IMG/VR virus record: IMGVR_UViG_3300022751_000018
Location: 1 to 64,000 of that record
DNA from: a virus
DNA: 64,000 nt
Direction: 5' to 3' (one strand)
Shown piece after piece: positions 9,565 through 16,673 of the stretch. Below the pieces are notes generated by a model. The model saw nothing but the letters and a program-made list of their open reading frames with translations, searched no databases and was not told where the DNA came from. Position 1 is the stretch's first letter. Each line of letters starts with the position of its first letter. A program made the translations under genes and the position numbers.

Positions 9565-9593
9565 TTGCATACTTATCAGTGGAGTGGTACTAT
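9565..9593 (+). promoter_or_regulatory. sigma70-like promoter (TTGCAT, 17-nt spacer, TACTAT) preceded by the conserved ATCGCAAAATCTA box
   Basis: Member of a repeated promoter family (see findings). Points toward the tRNA cluster. Confidence 0.4.
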
Positions 9594-10191
9594 TTGTTTG
9601 TCGGTGGTTAGCGTGGTTTTTATTAGTTACATGCTGATAATCGACAAAGAGCCTAGCGTATGACTATCTCTTTAAATGGGAGTCATACCCATGCTATTGA
9701 CGAATAGCATTAGCTTTATGGATTTCGGGGTAAATTCACGCGGTCTGCGAGATGGACGATGTTAGTTGCTATTTATCATCTATAATAAATAGATACAGTT
9801 TTTTGAAAGATTAATTACTGTTCCGTCGATACTCTGCGGAGAAATTTAACTTTCAGACAACGTGTTGTAAGTTTGCAGTCTTAAAAATTGAAACTTTCTA
9901 GCTGAAGTAATTGATCAGCGAAAGAGTTGCTATTTCTCAACTAAAATAGCGGTGTACATTGTATGGACTTACACCTTAAAACTTATAAGAACATTCAGTG
10001 CATTTGTTAGTTTGGTACTTAAAATTAAATTATACTTTCTAACCTTCGCTTTCAGGGGACAATGTTTAAGACAATAATGAAGCTACGTTTTGCAAGTTTA
10101 CGGTAAATACAGGAAACTTCCACGAAATAACTGTTTACGGGTATTTCTACGGCTTTGCAAGTTTGCGCTAAACAGGAAACTTGAACTTTGT

Positions 10192-10264
10192 GCACGCATA
10201 GGCTCAGTTGGTAGAGCGGTTGGCTTAATGCTGGCGAGCGCTGGTTCGAGTCCAGCTGCGTGCA
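10192..10264 (+). tRNA. tRNA-like gene with canonical acceptor, D and T arms but an irregular anticodon stem. Loop is CTTAATG; anticodon uncertain, possibly UAA.
   Basis: Acceptor GCACGCA/TGCGTGC. D arm GCTCAGTTGGTAGAGC. T arm GCTGGTTCGAGTCCAGC. One extra nucleotide sits at positions 8-9, and the anticodon stem would need three G-U pairs. Confidence 0.45.
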
Positions 10265-10270
10265 ATTTAT

Positions 10271-10346
10271 GCAGACGTCGCCTAGTGGTTAAGGCACTTG
10301 CTTGTCAAGCAAGGTATCGTGGGTTCAAATCCCATCGTCTGCGCCA
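10271..10346 (+). tRNA. tRNA-Asp (anticodon GTC), CCA encoded
   Basis: Acceptor GCAGACG/CGTCTGC. D arm GCCTAGTGGTTAAGGC. Anticodon arm CTTGC-TTGTCAA-GCAAG. T arm GTGGGTTCAAATCCCAT. Ends GCCA. Confidence 0.8.
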
Positions 10347-10355
10347 ATTTATTAT

Positions 10356-10428
10356 GTGAGTATAGCTCAGCGGTAGTAGCAGCGGACTCATAATCCGTCG
10401 GTCAATGGTTCGAATCCATTTGCTCGCA
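10356..10428 (+). tRNA. tRNA-Met/Ile2 type (anticodon CAT)
   Basis: Acceptor GTGAGTA/TGCTCGC with two G-U pairs. Anticodon arm GCGGA-CTCATAA-TCCGT. T arm AATGGTTCGAATCCATT. Confidence 0.6.
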
Positions 10429-10434
10429 ATTATG

Positions 10435-10505
10435 TCTTTTGTAGCTCAATAGTGGCAGCACTTCCTTGACCAGAAGAGGACCTGGTGCGATTCCAGGCAG
10501 AAGAC
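10435..10505 (+). tRNA. degenerate tRNA-like element (possible pseudogene)
   Basis: Acceptor TCTTTTG/CAGAAGA and T arm CCTGG-TGCGATT-CCAGG are present, but the T loop has G in place of conserved U55. No regular anticodon stem can be drawn. Confidence 0.3.
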
Positions 10506-10559
10506 AAATATTAATATAATCGATCTATAAATTTAAAAATAATAATAAAAGGTTAAAAA

Positions 10560-10916
10560 ATGAACTTAGAATTAAATGAAGAAGAGTTTGATGCTTTATT
10601 GAATATGTGCATCATGGCACTAACAGTAGTGCAGCATAATGGCAATGTAACTCAGGATGAGATTCACATGAATGCGTTGTTTAACAAGATTGTTGCTTTA
10701 AAACCGAATCGAGATGAGTTTATTACAAATGAAAGATTTAATAGGCTTCATTATACTTTTTTTCATCCTTACCTTGATCATTTTAAAAACTTGCTTGATG
10801 AAGATGCAGAGCAGGCATTAGAAGTTAATGAAGTGGTTGATGCAGAGAATGTACAAGAGTTAGAGGAGCCGGTTGAGGCTGAGGTTATTAGAAATAATTT
10901 TTGGGGTAGATTATGA
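10560..10916 (+). CDS. hypothetical acidic protein
   Basis: 118-aa ORF, first gene after the tRNA cluster. Confidence 0.4.
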   Translation: MNLELNEEEFDALLNMCIMALTVVQHNGNVTQDEIHMNALFNKIVALKPNRDEFITNERFNRLHYTFFHPYLDHFKNLLDEDAEQALEVNEVVDAENVQELEEPVEAEVIRNNFWGRL

Positions 10917-11269
10917 AATTTTTAGAAGCGGCGAATAAGTTTAAAAAGATAAGGATGCCTAGCTGGTCAACTATATCTTTTGTAGAAAATGTTAATGGGT
11001 CATTAAAAATTAATTGCATGCTAACAACATCAGACCTTTCATCTGACGACTGGGAAGAATACAAAGAGCCACGCAAGTATCTTGAAAACAACAAGGAAGC
11101 TATGCAGGCTTTGATAGATGGCAAGAAGATTTCTAAAGACGCTTGGGGTGATGGTCGTTTTTTTACTCTTGATAAAGATGGATTTATAGTTGATAAGGAC
11201 GGTGATTATATTGATCCAACATGGCCCACCCCAAATTATCATGGCAAGTTTTATGTTGTTGAGGATTGA
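10913..11269 (+). CDS. DUF2829 (Tad2-like) family small protein
   Basis: N-terminus MKFLEAANKFKKIRMPSW fits the M.F.EAL..LK.GKK.RR..W pattern. DDWEEYKEPRKYL...AMQALIDGKK segment is shared with ORF 27913. Confidence 0.35.
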   Translation: MKFLEAANKFKKIRMPSWSTISFVENVNGSLKINCMLTTSDLSSDDWEEYKEPRKYLENNKEAMQALIDGKKISKDAWGDGRFFTLDKDGFIVDKDGDYIDPTWPTPNYHGKFYVVED

Positions 11270-11541
11270 TGATATCAGGCTTTGAAATAAAGAAAACCTT
11301 AAAACTTGTAAAGCCATCATCTAATACTTATAAGGCACTTAGAGATAGAAATCCTTTGTGTAGCATATTCTATTGTTTCGGTTGTGATCTTTATGTTGTT
11401 TCTTATATTTTTGGGCCAAATATAAACATGATGATATGGTTAGAATCAGGCGGCACTGCTTATGATTTGGATCACTTTGATTATGATATTCAGCCTAGGC
11501 TTGCTATGTGTGGACATAGTTATGTCACATTTTAAAATTAT

Positions 11542-11609
11542 GATTCAGTAGCTCCAATGGAAGAGCCCCGAAAGGGAGTGGTGCAGGGTTCGATTCCCTG
11601 CCTGAGTCA
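11542..11609 (+). ncRNA. tRNA-like element lacking an anticodon arm (replaced by a CCC-GAAA-GGG tetraloop hairpin)
   Basis: Acceptor GATTCAG/CTGAGTC. Consensus D arm GCTCCAATGGAAGAGC. Consensus T loop GGTTCGATTCC. Total 68 nt. Confidence 0.35.
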
Positions 11610-11626
11610 ATAAATAGGATTAAATT

Positions 11627-11905
11627 ATGGAAATAGAGATAGAAAAAAAATATAATTTTACTATGACTCAGATAGAGTATAACAATATAAGTGATTTATT
11701 ATTATTGGCAAGGAATATCATAGAGTATGCTTCATTCGAAAATTCTGATCTATCTTCTTGTAGAGAAAAAGCATTTGATATTGTAGAAAATTTTAATTTA
11801 TATACTCCTTATTGTAAGGAAAAGTCATTTTTTTTCGAGGATGAAATTTTGGCTCTTGCTTCTAAAAACATAGCCACAAGGATTAGTATTCATGGCGGCA
11901 TTTAA
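11627..11905 (+). CDS. hypothetical protein
   Basis: 92-aa ORF preceded by an AT-rich RBS. Confidence 0.35.
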   Translation: MEIEIEKKYNFTMTQIEYNNISDLLLLARNIIEYASFENSDLSSCREKAFDIVENFNLYTPYCKEKSFFFEDEILALASKNIATRISIHGGI

Positions 11906-11935
11906 AATAATTTTAAAATATATTGGAGTAAAACA

Positions 11936-12310
11936 ATGAGCTTAGATGTTTACTTATGGAAAGAAAAGTATGTTTGTTATGGAAAGCCAAGCTTAGAAGG
12001 ACTAAAAAGAGAAGATGAGATGGTATTTTGTCAAAATATTACTCACAACTTAAATGAAATGGCCATGGCTGTTTCTGATGATTTCTATAAGGCTTTGTGG
12101 CGTCCAGAAGAAATAAATTGTAAGTATGCAAAAGATATAGTGCTTATTCTTTCAAAAGGATATTTTGAATTATTAGGTAATGAAGAAGTATATAAAAAAT
12201 ACGATTCTCCAAATGGCTGGGGACTTTATAAAAACTTTTTGCCATGGGTTAAAGAATATTTGGATGCTTGCAAAGAACATCCAGATTCAGAAATAGAAGT
12301 AAGTCGATAA
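11936..12310 (+). CDS. hypothetical protein
   Basis: 124-aa ORF with RBS GGAGTAAAACAATG. Confidence 0.4.
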   Translation: MSLDVYLWKEKYVCYGKPSLEGLKREDEMVFCQNITHNLNEMAMAVSDDFYKALWRPEEINCKYAKDIVLILSKGYFELLGNEEVYKKYDSPNGWGLYKNFLPWVKEYLDACKEHPDSEIEVSR

Positions 12311-12330
12311 ACATAAATAGGAGAAACAAA

Positions 12331-12816
12331 ATGAACGAATACAGAAGGTTTATACCTGAAAATGATTTTAAACCAAAAAAAGGAGAAATTTACGAAAAGA
12401 TTGGAACCTTGAGATCCGTTAACGGCGTAAAATATAGCAAGTGTGATGATGGTATTGATATAATTGGAAGATTTTCACAAATAACTGAGCCTTTAGGTCG
12501 TGGAACTATATCAATTGGCTATGAGGAATTTGAAAAATTCTGGACCGGAGGAAAGATTGAATTTATAGGTCCATTCGAGTATAGAAAATTAACCGATCCC
12601 GAGGAAATATTAAAATATAAAGATGTTAATGAGAAAAAAATAAATGAAAAACGCGTATTTAAAACGGAGAATTTAGAGCTTGCAGATCCTGAGGATCTTT
12701 ATGAGCTTCTTTTTCACTGCGCTAAGGAACTTGCTAGATTAGAAGAAATAAGACTTTATACTTCAGCAGGCCATCCTGAGTATTACAGGAATATATTAAA
12801 AACTATTATCGCTTAA
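12331..12816 (+). CDS. hypothetical protein
   Basis: ORF with a probable start at 12331 (RBS AGGAGAAACAAAATG) rather than the upstream overlapping ATG at 12268. Confidence 0.4.
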   Translation: MNEYRRFIPENDFKPKKGEIYEKIGTLRSVNGVKYSKCDDGIDIIGRFSQITEPLGRGTISIGYEEFEKFWTGGKIEFIGPFEYRKLTDPEEILKYKDVNEKKINEKRVFKTENLELADPEDLYELLFHCAKELARLEEIRLYTSAGHPEYYRNILKTIIA

Positions 12817-12828
12817 AAGGAAACAAAA

Positions 12829-13701
12829 ATGACACTACTAATCATCGGCCTGTTAGGCACAATCTCAGCTTTTCTATTCATGAACTTTTTCAATGATGGT
12901 CGAGGTAATGTATTTAAAAAATATCGATTATTCTCTTTGCTAATATTTGGATTCTTCTTTGCCTTAAGCGCGTGTACGATTATCCATCCGGGGAACATCG
13001 GCGTTAAATCGACTCTAGGTAAAGTTGACCCTATCTCATTGCCAGCGGGATTTTACTTCATTAATCCCGTGTCTGATGTTCAGCAAATATCAGTTAGATT
13101 AGATAAGGCATCATTAGAAAGCGCCACGGCTAGCACAAAAGATCTTCAGGTGGTTCACACTGATATCGTCGTTAACTATCGATTAGAGGGTGCTGACGTC
13201 GCCAATATCTACAAGAACTTTGGCTTTGATCTTAAAGACAAGGTTTTGCTGCCTGCGATTAATGAGTCATTTAAGGCGATTACAGCGCGATATAACTCAG
13301 AAGAGCTAATCACCAAGCGTGATGTCGTTTCGGCCGCTATCAAGCAGGAATTGCAAGATAAGGTGGTTAAATACGGTTTGTCTATTAGCGAGATCTCTTT
13401 GGTGAACTTTGGCTTCTCTCAAGAGTATCAATCGGCTATCGAACAAAAGGTTATCGCCACTCAAAGCAAGCTTAAGGCTGAGCAAGATCTACAGCGTATC
13501 AAGGTTGAAGCGGAGCAGAATATTGCTAAAGCACAAGGTGAGGCTGAGTCTATTCGCATTCAATCTGCGGCGATTGAAACAAGCGGCGGCGTTAACTACG
13601 TTCATCTTAAAGCAATCGAAAAATGGGATGGTCAATTGCCTGCGACAGTAGTCGGAGGCGAATCTATGCCGTTTGTTAATATTCCAAGTGTTAAAAAATA
13701 A
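12829..13701 (+). CDS. SPFH / band-7 (prohibitin / HflC-like) domain membrane protein
   Basis: N-terminal transmembrane helix, then an SPFH core (VKSTLGKVDPISLPAGFYFINPVSDVQQISV...VHTDIVVNYRL). C-terminal coiled-coil region (QSKLKAEQDLQRIKVEAEQNIAKAQGEAE). Confidence 0.65.
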   Translation: MTLLIIGLLGTISAFLFMNFFNDGRGNVFKKYRLFSLLIFGFFFALSACTIIHPGNIGVKSTLGKVDPISLPAGFYFINPVSDVQQISVRLDKASLESATASTKDLQVVHTDIVVNYRLEGADVANIYKNFGFDLKDKVLLPAINESFKAITARYNSEELITKRDVVSAAIKQELQDKVVKYGLSISEISLVNFGFSQEYQSAIEQKVIATQSKLKAEQDLQRIKVEAEQNIAKAQGEAESIRIQSAAIETSGGVNYVHLKAIEKWDGQLPATVVGGESMPFVNIPSVKK

Positions 13702-13712
13702 AGGACAAAAAA

Positions 13713-14111
13713 ATGATCACACTGCCAGATATAATGGAAAGATTAAATGAGGTTTTGAATGACAGCAATATGCGTATTGGAATTAACGAAATAAAAGTAA
13801 GTGATTTATTTATTCTAAATCTAAGGCATGACATAAGTATTATCGCAAAACGTATTATTAATCATAATTTCGGTTCTTTAGAAAAAGAAATCGGTGCGAA
13901 AAATACTGATGATGATAATAAAAATGAGGATTGCAAAAATTACATTAAACTTAATCCTTATTTAGCGCCTGATTATAAAGAACCTGTTAAATTTTCAAAA
14001 AAAGAAAAAATAAACATATCGGGCGGTATTTTTAGCTTAATATTAAATGCAGAGGATAAATCAGAAGAAAATTTTTTATATGGCCTAATGGATAAGGTGC
14101 GAGAACTATGA
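13713..14111 (+). CDS. hypothetical protein
   Basis: 132-aa ORF. Confidence 0.35.
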   Translation: MITLPDIMERLNEVLNDSNMRIGINEIKVSDLFILNLRHDISIIAKRIINHNFGSLEKEIGAKNTDDDNKNEDCKNYIKLNPYLAPDYKEPVKFSKKEKINISGGIFSLILNAEDKSEENFLYGLMDKVREL

Positions 14112-14605
14112 AAATTAAAGAATATATTTTTGTTTATCCAAAAGAAAGCAGTCTTGGAGGAATATGCTCAAGTCTTTTGCAAAATCAGGTCCTTGATGAA
14201 ATTAAAAATGGGTATGAACTTTACGGAACAACATTTTATTGCCATAGCAGAAAGCTTATGTGTCAAGCAATGGTAAAATACGAAGAAGAAAATACAGAAT
14301 CGGCCAAGAATTTTTATTCTGAAATTCGCAATCATGAAACATTTGAAGAGGCCACTATCCAAAGACTTTTTCACATGGATATAAAGCTAGATCATATTAA
14401 GGAAGCTTTAGTTAAAAAAATAGTAAAAATGCATGAGGAATCAAAGATAAAAGAACGAAAATTGGTCGATTGCTTTACTTCAGTAATAGCATGTGGAGAA
14501 GACAGCGTTTACTGTGAAAATACGAAGAAAAAACTATTATCTGATGGCTGGGAGATTATTGAAGATAATTATTTGTCCTTAAAAATGGTGAAGTATGACT
14601 CGTAA
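14108..14605 (+). CDS. small protein of a local paralog family (tandem domains each ending ..MVKYE/D)
   Basis: Internal ...CQAMVKYEEE and C-terminal ERKLVDCF...LSDGWEIIEDNYLSLKMVKYDS. Paralogous to 15893..16225. Confidence 0.4.
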   Translation: MKIKEYIFVYPKESSLGGICSSLLQNQVLDEIKNGYELYGTTFYCHSRKLMCQAMVKYEEENTESAKNFYSEIRNHETFEEATIQRLFHMDIKLDHIKEALVKKIVKMHEESKIKERKLVDCFTSVIACGEDSVYCENTKKKLLSDGWEIIEDNYLSLKMVKYDS

Positions 14606-14789
14606 AGTTCTTGGCATAGTAACCTTAGGAGAATGTCACTTTAATAGCAGGGATGATTATTTAAAAGCAATAGATGAATACATATCACAAGGTTTCGAAA
14701 AGCTCATGGATGAGTTTTTTGACGAGGGAGATGATGTATTTATGAAAAAAGGCTTCTATCAGGGGTTGGTGAAATATGAGCGAATTTAA
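14595..14789 (+). CDS. hypothetical protein (ends ..GLVKYERI)
   Basis: 64-aa ORF whose start codon overlaps the upstream stop (TATGA junction). Confidence 0.3.
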   Translation: MTRKVLGIVTLGECHFNSRDDYLKAIDEYISQGFEKLMDEFFDEGDDVFMKKGFYQGLVKYERI

Positions 14790-14984
14790 GTGGAGCTATT
14801 GCTAATGAAATCAATCTTATTCAACGAAAACGACATTTTAGTTCTTGGAACTATATTAAATACAATCAAAGAAAAAGGATCGCTATGTTTTTGTGATGAA
14901 TGTAGCGAGGTATATTCAGATTTTTATGATTCAATAGGTTCGCAATTAATGGAATTTTATGAAAAAGCACCAAGGCATTAACTA

Positions 14985-15314
14985 ATGATTAACAATAAAA
15001 AACTTCCTGATGGATTTATTCAAATAGCGGGCTTTGATCCTGGGTATGGCGTTAACACTCGCGGCGAGATTTACTCATGCAAAACTGGTAAACTTCTTAC
15101 CAATAAATGCCTGTCTCACAACGGGCAAATAATTGTCGGATTGATGGACAACCGTTTTTGCAGATATGTTACGGTGGCAAGCATCATGATTCGCACATAT
15201 ATTGCATCTACATTTAACTGCAAATCATTTCAAGTGGTTCATCTCGATGGGGATAAATCTAATAACTCGATTGATAATCTTGATTTGAGAATTAATCTAA
15301 AAAGTAGAAAATAG
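14985..15314 (+). CDS. NUMOD4 / HNH_3-type homing endonuclease (small)
   Basis: IAGFDPGYGVNTRGEIYS (NUMOD4-like) and HLDGDKSNNSIDNLDL (HNH_3 motif). Confidence 0.55.
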   Translation: MINNKKLPDGFIQIAGFDPGYGVNTRGEIYSCKTGKLLTNKCLSHNGQIIVGLMDNRFCRYVTVASIMIRTYIASTFNCKSFQVVHLDGDKSNNSIDNLDLRINLKSRK

Positions 15315-15892
15315 ATGAAAATAACGCATATAAGAACAAAGGAAAATGAAGGCAGAAAGTTTTGCAGGATGCCTAAGAATTTTGTTCGCAGGGATTTATC
15401 TATGTCATGGGAAGATTTTGAAATAATTGTGATGGAGCACATGCTTTCTCGATTTATGAAGGTATGCCCTCATTGCATGAAAAGACTTAGATTTTCTTCG
15501 GAAGAAGCATGAGCTATATGCCTTTATTCATCCTTGGCCAAGGAAGCAATGATAAGTTAATTGCATTATTTATCATAATATTTGTTGCTATATTTATCGT
15601 ATGCTGTATACTTTGCTTCATTGATTTGATAAGGAAATGATGATGACAAGGTCAGAAACAGCTATAGCCAAGCTTACCCCAGAAACTAATTATCTTCTTA
15701 TATTGCTAGCTAGAAAATGGCGTCTAACCGTATCAAGTACTGTGGAGCAGATCATCAAAAACAGCATTGATTCTTCGACAATTACTCTTGATAAGAATGA
15801 ATGTAACTTCTTGCAAGATTTATATTCGTCGGTTAACGAGCAACAAAGAAAACGATTTGAAGGCATTATAAAACAAATAGAGCGAGATAAAA

Positions 15893-16225
15893 ATGAAAGA
15901 AACGATGATTGATGGTTATTTCCTAGCTGGCAATGGAGATCAACAGTTTACACTGGAAGAAGCGGTGCAATGGGGCGGTGCCAGTGGGTATCAAATTCAC
16001 GGCTCTCCAATTGTTTTTAATGGTCGAATTATTCAGCCGATGATTCAGTATTATTCAGAAGAAGAAGAAGGTAAAGAGCGAAAGATAGTTGATTGTTTTC
16101 ATGTGGATGCTTTTTCAATGATTAATGTTGATTTTATTGAGAAATCTACATTAGAACTTAATGATGGCTGGGAAACAATTTACAAAGATAACTCTAAGCT
16201 AAAAATGGTGAAGTATGAATCATAA
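15893..16225 (+). CDS. small protein of the same local paralog family (..ERKIVDCF..NDGWETIYKDNSKLKMVKYES)
   Basis: Protein- and DNA-level similarity to the 3-prime end of 14108..14605. Confidence 0.4.
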   Translation: MKETMIDGYFLAGNGDQQFTLEEAVQWGGASGYQIHGSPIVFNGRIIQPMIQYYSEEEEGKERKIVDCFHVDAFSMINVDFIEKSTLELNDGWETIYKDNSKLKMVKYES

Positions 16226-16673
16226 AGTTAAATTCTTGAGTCTTCCAGAGGATTTCAAGGATGGCATAAAGTTTGCTCAATATAATTTTTCTACTTTTAG
16301 GGCTCTAAATAGTATGCAGCTAGTCCAAGTTTCTGGAACTACAGACCTATTTATAGCTCAATTTTGCAATAGTGGCGGATTTATGTTTCTTCTTGAGGAA
16401 TGTGAAGCGTCATTTCAGCAAAGCGGATTTCCTTTTGAGGTTTTGTGGAGCGCTGATCTTCCTGATTACATTTATCAGTCTATTGTTGAATGTGAAAAAA
16501 TAAAAGATTTTAGAATTTTTAAAACATTATGCGAGCTTGCCAGGCAAAGAAAAAAGAATGCAGGAGTTTCTATTCAACTGTCATTTAAAGAGCTTGGCCA
16601 GATAACAAGCAATAATATTTCAAAGGAGCTTAGATCTAAGCTTAATCAATATGCTGATAAGGAGTATGAATAA
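16215..16673 (+). CDS. hypothetical protein immediately upstream of rtcB
   Basis: 152-aa ORF whose stop/start junction with RtcB overlaps (..KEYE* / MNHKV). Confidence 0.4.
   Translation: MNHKVKFLSLPEDFKDGIKFAQYNFSTFRALNSMQLVQVSGTTDLFIAQFCNSGGFMFLLEECEASFQQSGFPFEVLWSADLPDYIYQSIVECEKIKDFRIFKTLCELARQRKKNAGVSIQLSFKELGQITSNNISKELRSKLNQYADKEYE

Noticed and set aside
10090-10359. 89-aa ORF spanning the first tRNA genes
   Set aside because: Runs straight through two cloverleaf tRNA sequences; the reading frame is a by-product of the tRNA genes.
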